Positions 1 to 10,730 of a stretch of DNA of 64,000 bases are shown piece by piece. The stretch's first letter is position 1. Every line of letters begins with the position of its first letter. The DNA comes from Eledone cirrhosa. Its lineage: Eukaryota. The position numbers and the translations under genes are program-made. Under the pieces are notes generated by a model that was given only the letters and a program-made list of their open reading frames with translations, made no database searches and was not told where the DNA came from. Location: positions 235,290,001-235,354,000 of the forward strand of contig OZ024742.1 of NCBI GenBank assembly GCA_964016885.1. Direction: 5' to 3'.

Positions 1-872
1 TGTCACAGAAAGAAATTGATTTCTTTCTGTGACAATTGGACTGGTTTTCGGGTAGAATTGGAAACTGTCCTAAAAACTATCGTTTTGAGAGCAGTTTCCT
101 TGCGAATTTCTACCGGAGAATTGATGCTGAAAGCACCATTTTTTTCGAAAGTGACATATCTCCTAGCGTCCTTTAAAAGTTGTTCGGCATTTGTTATGTC
201 GAGATATGTCAGTTCCTCCCTTTTTTTGAACTGTCTGTGCAAAGGAGATTTTTGGTTTCTTTGTGGAATTATCCGTGTTGGTGGTGTTGTCATTATTGTT
301 GTTATTGTTGTTGTTATTCTTGTTGTCACTGATGTTGATATTATTCGTATTTTCCTTGGTGTTGGTGTTGGTGTTGTTGTTGTCTTTGATGCTGGTGTTA
401 TTGGTGTTGTCTTTATTTTTTCTTTGTTGTTGTTGTCATTGTTGTTTTTATCATCATTATTGGTGTTGTTGTTATTTTTGTTGTCATTGAACTGTTTGGT
501 GTCATTTGTGTTGTTTGGATATGAATTTGTTTTTACATTTTCATTTCGTCTTTCCATCTCCATAGTATCTAGGGAAGAAGACGATGTTGACTGCGAGCTA
601 TGTAGTCTTACCGACTCTCCACCACCATTATCGTTGAACGCAGCGTTCATAACGTAATCAAACTTCTTACGATATTTTTTCCAAAATTCGATGGAGAAAA
701 AATTTTTCAAACGAATATTTCGCCTCTGTAGGGGCGAAAATGAGTTGACCCACCACCTGAAGGTACAGACGGGGGGCCAAGTTACACAATAATATAAAAT
801 TTAACTGAAAACTCACGTTTTTTTTCTTACATAAAATAACGGAAACTTCTCCGCGAAGTTACACACGTCTGG
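1..872 (-). mobile_element. 5' end (leader and ORF1 N-terminus) of a Tx1/L1-clade LINE running off the window edge
   Basis: ORF 3..710 resembles ORF 6762..7679 (NAA..N.GGG; LTY; KTIVFRTVSNSTRKPVQLSQ vs RTVKFRTINNSTKKPEQPSQ). Leader 715-790 is similar to 7575-7655. Abuts (GATA)n. Confidence 0.85.
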
Positions 873-902
873 TAGATAGATAGATAGATAGATAGATAGA
901 TA
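873..902. repeat. (GATA)n microsatellite between two Tx1 copies
   Basis: Direct reading: tagatagata... Confidence 0.95.
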
Positions 903-1913
903 TGTTTCTTTATTAGCCACAGGGGCACAAAAGAAGGGGACAAATACAAAGCGGGAATTTTACATGCAATAAAAACGTGTAAAATGTTATCACAAATGCA
1001 ATTTAAAAAGTTAGTCGATTTTCCCCAATAGGGGGAGACAGTTCATATGGGTAACACATACCCCGAAAAAATGTGCAACCCTCAACTCCAGAAGTACGAA
1101 GAGTTTGTACTCCTTTCCTCTCCTCCTCCTTTTCCTCAACCTACAGGCTGATATAGAGTGAAGGCCCATTTACTCGGGCCATTCTCGCCACTTTCACCCA
1201 CCTTTCATAAAACTTGCTGGGGTGCAGCACCTCTCTCTCCATCCTGATTCTTCTTCCAAAGTGGTATTTGAAAAAAAGAACCAGTTGTTGGCCGGAGAGA
1301 AAGGTGTCTGACCTCAGCCCTTTCAACCTTGTCCACCATACAACCTCTTTCGCCATAGCTATCACACAAAGGAAAACCGCCTCTCCTTCGTTTTTGAAGG
1401 AGGGTGGCGGTTTGATCATGACAATGGACTCGGTGGTCAACCGGATTGGTCCTACCCGCGACAATAGTCGTTCTACATAGCCCCACAGGTCAGTGACGCC
1501 CGGGCAGTGTATGAATGCGAGCGCGACGGTTTCTTCGTTACGCACGCACCTCGGACAGATCTTTTTTGCAGGGTCACTGCCCGGGCGCCCATGTCTGTAG
1601 AGCTTGTCTCGAACTGGTAGAGCTCCTCGGTAGCACTGCCAGGCCAAGGACTTTTGGAAGTTGTCCATCGGTCCCGGATGGAAGGTCCTACCGAACAGAC
1701 TGGCCAGTTCATCTTCCTCTACGCCTAGAGTTTCACCGAGCGCGTCGTCCCCCTGCTGCGGATCAACCCTCTATAGAATGACGAAGTGGAGTCTCCACTG
1801 ATCGCCGGGTCCGCCTGCCAGAGGGCTGTGAGCGCCTGAGCACATTCGGTGTGCCAGTCGCCTATTTTCCTCGGTCTTTGCTTGACCCAGGACTGCAGCT
1901 CGGTCAGCGACTC
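903..1913 (-). mobile_element. 5'-truncated Tx1-like LINE (ORF2 C-terminus with CPRC..E..H...C zinc finger, plus 3' UTR)
   Basis: ORF 1141..1668 is highly similar to the C-terminus of ORF 2180..5617. AATAAA on - strand near 908-913. The truncation point joins (GATA)n. Confidence 0.92.

Positions 1914-1965
<52 letters not shown>
1914..1965. repeat. (GATA)n microsatellite between Tx1 copies
   Basis: Direct reading. Confidence 0.95.
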
Positions 1966-2179
1966 TTCTTTATTTACCATAAAGGCATAAAAAGAAGGGA
2001 CAAATACAAAGGGGGAGTTTACATATAATCGAGTAAAAAGGGTGTAACATGAAAATAATCGAAAATAACCTCAAAAGGGAGGGGACGTGATGGGGGTTGC
2101 ACACACCCCCGAAAAAGTGTGCAATCCTTTGCCCGGGGAGCACATGGAGAAGGTGCTCCCCTCTCCTTTACTTCTTTAC

Positions 2180-5100
2180 CTACAGGATGGTATACAGAGA
2201 AGGCCCATTTACACGAGCCATTCTCGCCACTATCACCCACCTTTCATAAAACTGCCTGTGGCCAAGCACCTCTCTCTCCATTCTTATCCTTCTTCCGAAG
2301 TGATATCGGAAGAAGTAGACCAGACTATGGCCAGAGAGGAAGTTGCCTGACCTCAGACCTTTCAATCGTGTCCACCAAACAACCTCTTTCAACATGGCTA
2401 TTACGCACAGAAAAACCGCCTTTGCTTCCTTTGTGAAGAGGGGAGGCGGTTTGATTGTCATCACGGACTCGGCTGTCAATTTAATCGGCGCCACCCGCGA
2501 CAGCAGTTGTTCGGCGTAGCCCCACAGATCAGCCACGCCCGGACATTGCACCAATGCGTGCGCCACGGTTTCTTCGTGACGCACGCATCTAGGGCAAATC
2601 TTTTTTGAGGGATCCCTGCCCGGGCGCCCGTGTCTGTAGAGCCTCTCTCGAACGGGTAGAGCCCCCCGGTAGCACTGCCAGGCCAGTGACTTCTGGAAGT
2701 TGTCCATTGGTCCTGGGCCGAAAGTCCTACCGAACAGGCTGGCCAGTTCGTCTTCTTCCATGTCCAGCGACTCTCCAAGGGTGTCATCGCCCCTGCTAGC
2801 CACCAGCCCTCTATAGAATGATGAGGTGGATTCTCCACCGATGGCCCGGCCCGCTTGCCAGAGAGCCCTGAGCGCCTGAGCACACTCAGTGTGCCAGTCT
2901 CCCAGTTTTCCGGATCTTTGCTTGACCCAGGACTGTAGCTCGGTGAGTGAGACGAGTCTCGGAAAGGCTCGTTTCACGAACGGAGCCCACACCGGTTGAC
3001 CAGTGAGGAATACCTGTAGGTGCCGTAGCCTTAATGCGTGCCTACGCATCATCAACCACGGCATCCCCAGCCCTCCTTTCGAAGGTTGTTGGCAGCAGAT
3101 GGATCTTCTCACCATAGGAGGACGCTTCTTCCAAAGAAATTGGAAGAGCATGCGTTCCATGGTGGTGAGTGTTTCCTTAGGGCAAGGCACGACAGTCAGG
3201 CGGTAGTAAGTGACGGACGCTATGTAAATGTTCGCCACCTCCGCCCGGCCTTTTAGGGACAGCTTACACTTGGCCCATTTCTGGGTTAGTGCAAACACCT
3301 TGTTCGTAACCTCGTTCCAGTTCTTTTCCACCTGGAGGTCCGGTCCAAACCAGACCCCAAGCAACTTTACCGGGCCCTCCGTCCAGTGTCCGACGACACC
3401 ATCGGGAGGCATCGGTCTGCCTCTCCACGTTCCGAGTTGCAGCCCGATGGATTTTTCCCGGTTCAGTTTCGCTCCTGACAACCTTTCGTACTCCTCCAGT
3501 AAGGTACCGATCGCCTCGATCTCCGAGTCGGTTGATACCATTACTGTTACGTCATCGGCGTAGGCCGACACCGCTTTGCTCAATCCTGGTTCCAGGGGGA
3601 TACCCTGCAACAACTCCAACTTCCTCAGTAAAGGCTCGAGAGTCAATACGTACAGAAGGGAGGAGAGAGGGCACCCCTGTCGAATGGATCGTGTGATTTC
3701 GAACGGCTTCGAAAGGTAGCCGTTCACCTTGATCCTAGAACAGATGTGGTTGCTATGTAGGGCAGTGATCCAGCCTCTGAAAACAGGACCAAACCCAGCC
3801 GCCGCTAGCACCGCATCCAGGTAACCATGGTCGACCCTATCGAAGGCCTTAGACTGATCCAAGTTGATCAGGGCCCCACCGAAGCCGGGTTTGTTGCCAA
3901 CCCTCTCTATGATGTATCGCATGAGGTGGAGGTTATCGTGAATGGACCTGGATGGGATAGCACATGTCTGCGCATCTCCCACCAGGCCACCCACGACAAG
4001 CGCCAACCTCTTTGCTAACACCTTGGCCAAAATCTTTAACTCTGTGTTTAGCAGGGTTATGGGCCGAAAATTATTTATACTATCCCCCTTGTTCTCGTCC
4101 TTCCTCACCAGCGTGATTACGCCCTTGGCTACAGAACAAGGAATTCTCCCGTTCTGCCGCCAATTGCAGTAGACCGCTTCGAGGAGTTCGGAGAAGAAGA
4201 CCGGCATTGCTAAATAAAGTTCGTAAGGTATACCATCGAGACCTGGAGATTTGCGTCTGCTGCATTGGCTCAGCGCATCTCCGATCTCATCAGCCGAGAT
4301 TGGTCCCTCGCAGGACTCCGCCTCTTTGTTCGAGAGACGCGGCAGGCCGTCGAGGTATGGACCGAAATCCACGCCCCGGCCCGGACCCTCGCCTCCCCCG
4401 AACAATCGGGCAAAGTGCTTTTGAAAGGCCTCGCACATCTGCTTAGGCTCCCGGATCACTCGTCCATCTTCGTCTTGCAACGACCGGATGGTGGATCGAT
4501 TTCCACTTTTAGCTTCTGTCACGCGGGCCCATCCAACGGCTTTGGCCCCCTCATTACCTAGAGCACGTATTTTACTTCGAATGACGCAGCCTTCATGCTT
4601 TGCATCGAAAAACTGGTTCAATGCCGTCCTCGATGCCAGCACTCTGGCCACATCTTCGCTCTTGATTGCCTCTTCTAATTTACCTGTTAATTCTTTCTCG
4701 TTTCTATTCCTATTGGCAGCTAACATCTTGCTATAACTTATTGATTCTGTTCTAATCTCTCTTTTGAGAGATGCCCACCATCGGTTGTTGACGATTGCAC
4801 CCGTCAACCTCTCCTTAACTAATCTGCTAATCCGGTTTCTGTAAGTCTCTTTTGCCGGTAAAGACAAATTAAGTTTCCAGTAACCGGGACCCTGTCTATG
4901 TGTTTTCTCGAGATTGACCACGCAGGTCACTAATTTGTGATCCGTGTAGCCAACCGTGCGCATTTCTGGACAGCTTAATATGTCCCTATCCTTACTTCTA
5001 ACTAAGAATCTATCTAAGTACGATCTAGATTGACCACTGTGGTTTCTCCAAGTCCAGGTAGGCACAGTTGGAAAATCTAGTCGATATCTATCGACCAAGT

Positions 5101-5617
5101 TAAAACGGTCGAGTAACCCCTTGAGGCTGTTACACCCCCCTCTATTAGGACATGCTCCTGCATAGTCCCAACGTGCATCTAGGATGTCATTCCAATCCCC
5201 CGCTAGAAGCAGGGAACGCGACGTTCCCAGAAAAGTCTCCAAACGCTGGAAGAAGTCGGGCCGTTCAGCTCCGAAAGGGGAGTAGACGGCGACCAGTCTC
5301 AAGGCCGCACTTTCACTACTGCCAACGTCTAGCACCAACAAACGACCCTCCGGGTCCGAGTGCACAACCTGTACGGCAAGACCCAGGTGTTTTTGCATCA
5401 GCACGACAACCCCACCCCCACCTCCAGGTTGACAGAGAGATGCATGCACCTCAAAGTCATCGAAGGTGGGGGCCAGCTGCCGCATGACGCTGATTCGAGT
5501 CTCACAGATAACCATTACATTTATACTACATGACCTGAGGTCATTTAGAAGCTTTGCTTGCTTCCAAGTTGAGCCCAGGCCACGTGCATTCAAACATCCT
5601 ACTCTTAACACATCCAT
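2180..5617 (-). CDS. Tx1 ORF2: AP endonuclease, reverse transcriptase, C-terminal CCHC zinc finger (1145 aa, intact)
   Basis: LNARGL, ETR, GDWN, LDRF, TDH (APE); KSPGLDG, NFRPITLLN, LDQSKAFDRV, RQGCPLS, YADD (RT); CPRC..ETVAHALVQC; GPGYWKLN typical of Tx1. Confidence 0.96.
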   Translation of the reverse strand: MDVLRVGCLNARGLGSTWKQAKLLNDLRSCSINVMVICETRISVMRQLAPTFDDFEVHASLCQPGGGGGVVVLMQKHLGLAVQVVHSDPEGRLLVLDVGSSESAALRLVAVYSPFGAERPDFFQRLETFLGTSRSLLLAGDWNDILDARWDYAGACPNRGGCNSLKGLLDRFNLVDRYRLDFPTVPTWTWRNHSGQSRSYLDRFLVRSKDRDILSCPEMRTVGYTDHKLVTCVVNLEKTHRQGPGYWKLNLSLPAKETYRNRISRLVKERLTGAIVNNRWWASLKREIRTESISYSKMLAANRNRNEKELTGKLEEAIKSEDVARVLASRTALNQFFDAKHEGCVIRSKIRALGNEGAKAVGWARVTEAKSGNRSTIRSLQDEDGRVIREPKQMCEAFQKHFARLFGGGEGPGRGVDFGPYLDGLPRLSNKEAESCEGPISADEIGDALSQCSRRKSPGLDGIPYELYLAMPVFFSELLEAVYCNWRQNGRIPCSVAKGVITLVRKDENKGDSINNFRPITLLNTELKILAKVLAKRLALVVGGLVGDAQTCAIPSRSIHDNLHLMRYIIERVGNKPGFGGALINLDQSKAFDRVDHGYLDAVLAAAGFGPVFRGWITALHSNHICSRIKVNGYLSKPFEITRSIRQGCPLSSLLYVLTLEPLLRKLELLQGIPLEPGLSKAVSAYADDVTVMVSTDSEIEAIGTLLEEYERLSGAKLNREKSIGLQLGTWRGRPMPPDGVVGHWTEGPVKLLGVWFGPDLQVEKNWNEVTNKVFALTQKWAKCKLSLKGRAEVANIYIASVTYYRLTVVPCPKETLTTMERMLFQFLWKKRPPMVRRSICCQQPSKGGLGMPWLMMRRHALRLRHLQVFLTGQPVWAPFVKRAFPRLVSLTELQSWVKQRSGKLGDWHTECAQALRALWQAGRAIGGESTSSFYRGLVASRGDDTLGESLDMEEDELASLFGRTFGPGPMDNFQKSLAWQCYRGALPVRERLYRHGRPGRDPSKKICPRCVRHEETVAHALVQCPGVADLWGYAEQLLSRVAPIKLTAESVMTIKPPPLFTKEAKAVFLCVIAMLKEVVWWTRLKGLRSGNFLSGHSLVYFFRYHFGRRIRMEREVLGHRQFYERWVIVARMARVNGPSLYTIL

Positions 5618-5650
5618 GTGGGCGGCAGAGCCAAAGGAGAGTGTAGAGAC

Positions 5651-7560
5651 CTACCTTTCCGCTTCCCGGGGTTCGGGTTGCACGACTTCCATGGGGTCGG
5701 GGGTGTTGGGTGAAGGGGTGTCTTGTGGTGGTGTGGGGTCGTCGGTGTGTGGTGGGGTTGGGGTGTTTGGAGTTGTGTTGGGGAGGGGAAGGGAAGGGGG
5801 AAAGCTTTTTAGTAGGACGCGGTTTATGGGTTTGACAGAGGGTGGTCCTACGTCCTCCTTAAAATCCTTTTTTAGTTTTTGGTAGAGGTTCATTGGGATT
5901 TTTATTAGTTTTAAATGTGGGTGGTTTTCTGATGAAACAAAGTTTACACCTTCGGTTTGTACCGAAGGATTATTGTATATGAGTTCATTTAATTTATTAT
6001 TGTTTCTGTTGATGTAAGTATAGTGTAATGTCTTTTTTTCCGATGGTGTGAGTGTTTCGAAGAGGGGAGGGGCAGGTTTGGTTTTGTTTGTTGCTGGAGG
6101 GGTGTTTTCTGTTTTGTTAGATTGTGTTGCGATTTGGGTGGGGGTTGTTTGTCCTTGTGTGTTTTGCACATGTTTTCTTTTTTTCCTTTTAATCTGTCTG
6201 AAGGACTCCGTTTCTTCCTCCGAATTCGTTGGGTTATCTTCAGTGTTGGAGGGAAGAGGTATGTTTGCTGGTAATGTTTCCGTGTTGGTTTTCTTTGTGG
6301 GGGAGATGGATGTCACTATGTTAGACTGTGTTGTGTGTTGTGTCTGCGGTGGTTGTGTTGTTTTATTGAGTGAGAGGTTGGGTGGGCCTGTATTTTGTTT
6401 TGGGGTAATGTGTTGTGACTGTTTGTGTTGTGGTGGTGTTGTGGTGTTACTGAGGGACGGGTTGGGTGGGACTGAGTTTTGTTGTTTGTTTATCTGTTGT
6501 GGTGGTGGTGGTGGAGCTGGTGTTGGTAGCAGGGTTTTCTTTTTGTTGAGTTGGGGACAAGCGGCCTTCAGGTGCCCTCTGCCTGCACAGATATGGCAGG
6601 ACGGCCTTCTCCCCTCCACGCTAATGTTTATATACCCGTGGTCCTCTAATAGGATTCTGTCGGGTATTTGGGCGATACGTTCAGGCTTCATTTGTACTAC
6701 CAGCTCTATACCTGTTCCACTGAACGCATTGCCTGTGGTTTTCCCAATGGAAATCACGTTGTCATTCACTGGATCGATGAAGCCAGCTATGAGCCAGCAG
6801 TAGTCCACATCTGGCATCATTGCATCCAGCCATATGCGTTGAGTTTTTTTTCCCCATATAAGATGGATAAAAGGTGAAATTTTTCGAACGAATCGGTGAC
6901 AAAGCACATTTTTTTGCCGCCGATTCGTTCTTCATGATAATTGCTAGGCTTCCATACAGTCTGTCTTTTCTTATGAAAGTTGTTTCATTCAGTACTTCTG
7001 CGAGTACTGTTTTGATATCTGCTTGAGAAGGCTGTTCAGGTTTTTTTGTACTGTTGTTGATGGTCCGAAACTTGACCGTTCGGCTTTCAATGTCTTTCGT
7101 GAATTCTTGAGGCATTTTTACCAATAAAATACCATTCTCACCTTCACTTATGTATTGTTTTGCGTCCGTGATCCTTCGTACCACATCTGAAATGTTTTCC
7201 GCTATATAAGTCAAAGATTTCTTTGTTTTCTGTGCAAATGAAATCTTGTCGTCTGCTTTGTTTTCTGATGTTATGTTATTTTCAACTGTTATTTTTTTGT
7301 TTGTTGTGTCTTTGTTTGTGTTATTAGTATTGTCATGCAATTTTTCAAATTTTTTTTCTTCGTTGTTTTCGACATTTAATTTTTTCTCCGCAGATTCGTC
7401 CGTTTTTATTTTCATTTTTCCTTCCTTCTCTATGACGTTAGTTGGGAAGGAAGGGAGGACTAAAGCGTGCGAGCTTACAACTCTTACCGCTGTCCCCCCA
7501 CCACTATTTTCGTTCGCTGCGTTTAACATTTCTGTTAGACGATTGAAATTTTTTACACAA
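5651..7560 (-). CDS. Tx1 ORF1 (gag-like), split by a 1-bp frameshift in an A8 run at about 6844-6851; start uncertain
   Basis: ORFs 6762..7679 and 5651..6907 overlap at GGGGAAAAAAAACTC; removing one A joins them. CHICAGRGHLKAAC knuckle; Pro/Thr/Gln-rich tail. Confidence 0.8.
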
Positions 7561-7761
7561 AATTTTTTTAAAACAGGTTTTTCACCTCTAGGAGGGGTAA
7601 AGATGAGCTGACCCACCGCCTGACAGTTCAGACGGAGGGTCAAGCTACACAATTGTATCAAAATTAAGTTTGAACTCACAAAATTTCCTCAATAAATTTG
7701 AACAAAACTTCTGTGCGAAGTGAATGACATCCACACTGTAGAACAGACGACAGCTAGATTT

Positions 7762-7989
<228 letters not shown>

Positions 7990-8595
7990 GTTGTTATTTG
8001 ACGTTGAAAAGAGCAGTGGCTTTTGACCCGGCAATAAAAACTGGAGACAAAATTCTTTCTGTACCAAAAACAAGGCACACACAGACACACGCACACACAC
8101 AAGTTTGTTTGTATGTGTGTGTGTGTTAGTGCGCGCGCGCGTGTATGTGTGTGTGTATCTATCTATGTATGTATATAAGGGATACAGATATTGTTTGCTC
8201 ACTGTCACTAAGGATCTCAATTCATTCGTTGCAACTAAGTTTGTGATCTAGGCACTTTATTTTGCAAGGTAGTAATTTCCCCTTGAGTTTGTGATTCAAG
8301 AGAAAGGTAAGAAATTCTTCATACTTTGCAACTTTTGTATTTTGACTTTACAGTTTGAATTGTAGAATTGTCTATCCACTCAAAATATTACAACAGCTAA
8401 CAGTGAAATATAGAATTTTAAAAAAAGCTTTTTCGACTGAGATCAAATCTTTGAGAACATTCACGTCTATTTTTCAAAAATATATAATTTGAAATAGCTT
8501 GCTTTTGTTTTGGACTGAACTTTTTTGTATTTAATTCATACGAGTATTTTTCTAAAGATTTTTTTTAAAGATTCTAACATAACTTGATTTGGCCC

Positions 8596-8820
8596 AGTAA
8601 TCTACTGATATCAAAATTAGTAGTATATTGAAAAATGGAAAAATAGAGTAGGGGCCGTTTTGTAATTTGGGCCGAAATGGGTTGAGAACCTGTGATCTAG
8701 ATCACAGGTTCTCAACCCATTTAGGCCAAACGCTTTTGTCCCTCGAAATCACGAAACGCCCCCCTACCGTATTTTTCCATTTTTCAATATACTACTGATT
8801 TTGATATCAGTCGATTACTA
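8596..8820. repeat. Imperfect palindrome: two hAT-type termini back to back around ATCTAGAT
   Basis: ...GGGTTGAGAACCTGTG|ATCTAGAT|CACAGGTTCTCAACCC... (8695-8702 central). Arms extend about 100 bp with a gap. Confidence 0.8.
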
Positions 8821-10730
8821 AACAATTGATTAACAATATTCCAAAGATACCATTGCAGGCAGCTAAGAGTATAAATACATTCCTTGAAAGGAAATATATA
8901 AATTTCAAAAAAAGGAACATAAATGTTCTCTTTTATGAATAAGGTTAGAGCATTGGGCTTGTAATCGAAAGGTTGTGAGTTCAATTCTCGGACCGGGTGA
9001 TGTGTTGTTTCCTTGAGCAAGACACTTTATTTCACATTGCTCCAGTTTACTCAGCTGTAGAAATGAGATGATAGGACTGGGGTCCCTATCATTCCACTGC
9101 AAACTGGTCGTGGAGGTGCCATGGCAAAAAAGCACCGAGCCCACACTGTAAAAGTGGACGTGTAGGCGCCACAGAAAAAAGCACCCAGCACTCACTGTAA
9201 ATGAGATTGGTGTTAGGAAAGGCATCCAGCTGTAGACATCAAGCCAGAATCAGTTTCGGTATAAGCAAGACAAGGTCAGCCAACCGGACACTGCCCACAA
9301 CAGGACAACCCGTCTAACCCATGCTAGCGTGGAATAACGGACGTAAAACGGTGCTGCTGAAGGACCAGTTGAATTCGTTATATTCTCACCAGGCGTTACT
9401 AGCTATTTTGAACATTTATACAAGAGCAACTCTGTCTATCCCAAGTGTGCTCTTATCTGGAAGAAAGTGGCAATTATATCATTTCAAAGCTTTCCAATTT
9501 TCCCTTTAATGAAACGGACAGAATAAATGTTGATATCTAACTTGATGTCCCCTCCGCTTTGTGAGCTTAGAGACCACGGAAGAGGGTTTTCATGACCATA
9601 TAAGAGGGTATATTTATTAGTAAATGGTAAAATATATACAACAAATGAGTAAGTGAATTGTAGTAGATGGTTTCCTGTCCAGTCAGACTGCAACTACAAA
9701 TAAAAAAATTGTTAGTTTGCTTTGTAACAATAGCATATCCAAGTTTTCGGATAAATCAACTTACTTTAACTTTGACCTCATTTCAATGGAATCCTTGGGC
9801 TTCATGGAGTATAGCTAACTCTTTGACGTGAGGCTGAATTTTCGTAAGATGTAGCCAGAGATCTCCACATGTAATCACACTGTAGCGGTTGCAAGACTTA
9901 CTGTGCAGTCTGGAAATAGCACCAAACCTCCTCTCGGCTAAGAATGAGCTTGGAAAAGGCAGAGCAAATCTCTTAGCCTCTGCATGTAGGAGTGGAAATC
10001 AACGCTGAATTTCCTCTTGCATCCAAAAAAGGGGTTCACCTATTTTAGGAAATCTAATTTTGATCATGTCATCTGCTTGAAGTTCAATGAATTCTTCCTG
10101 AAATTTAACATCCAAATCGTCGACGGTAGCTATGAAGGGATCTGCTATCCACATTGGGATGTCCATCGGCAAAAGGTCAACAAACCGTTCTCTCATGTTG
10201 TCTTGTAGCGCACGGAGGTGAGTGGTATACATTTGGTGTTGGTCATCGCTTACAATGTTTTGAACATTGGCGACACTAGGAATATTATAGAATTCCCATC
10301 TACAAAGATTCCTTTCGATGACGTTCAATTTAGCCAGGAATGTTTTCACAGCATTCCTTGCTTTAAGCAAGGTGATCTTCTTCCCCCTGCAAAGCCATAA
10401 TGACGCTATTGCATTTGTCGAAGATGTTAGCCTCACATTGAGGGCTTTCTTGTACAGTTCTGTGTTGCGTCCTCGAAGAAACTCAATGATAGAGTCGAAC
10501 AGTTCAAAGGAGTAAGGCACTTGACCTTTGAAAGCCACCTCACTTCAGTATGAAGGAGCAACTTGACGAATTCTTCGTCATTATCTTTGAGGGAATGGCG
10601 TTTGATAAAATTGATGACATAAAGGGCCACCTGCAAGGACTTGCTCAGCGGCTCACTGAGTTTCTTCGCAGCCAAGTGTTGTCGATGAATGACACAATGA
10701 ACAGCAAATACAGATAGATTTTCTCTCTAC
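8703..10730 (-). mobile_element. hAT (Buster/Charlie-like) DNA transposon, 3' half, degenerate
   Basis: VHCVIHRQHLAAKKL, LLLHTEVRWLSK, W(I)ADPF, EEFIEL and a PFPSSFLAERRF-like motif; Charlie-like TIR CACAGGTTCTCAAC; frameshifts. Linking this TIR to the transposase is inferred. Confidence 0.8.
8943..9358 (+). mobile_element. tRNA-head CORE-like SINE with RTE-type 3' tail (5' end clipped)
   Basis: B box GAGTTCAATTC; CCTTGAGCAAGACACTTTA core; same family as 29878-30216. Confidence 0.8.

Larger units (their letters stand above)
1966..7760 (-). mobile_element. Full-length Tx1/L1-clade non-LTR retrotransposon
   Basis: ORF1 (zinc knuckle) + ORF2 (APE-RT-zinc finger). 3' AATAAA next to (TCTA)n. (GATA)n on both sides. 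Confidence 0.93.

Noticed and set aside
16-657. Hydrophobic + strand ORFs (16..657, 6048..6803, 7246..7611) as membrane proteins
   Set aside because: Antisense shadows of the A/C-rich low-complexity Tx1 ORF1.
6840-6860. Programmed -1 frameshift at GGGAAAA/AAAAAAC in Tx1 ORF1
   Set aside because: Joining the two ORFs needs a +1 shift, not -1; a homopolymer indel is simpler.
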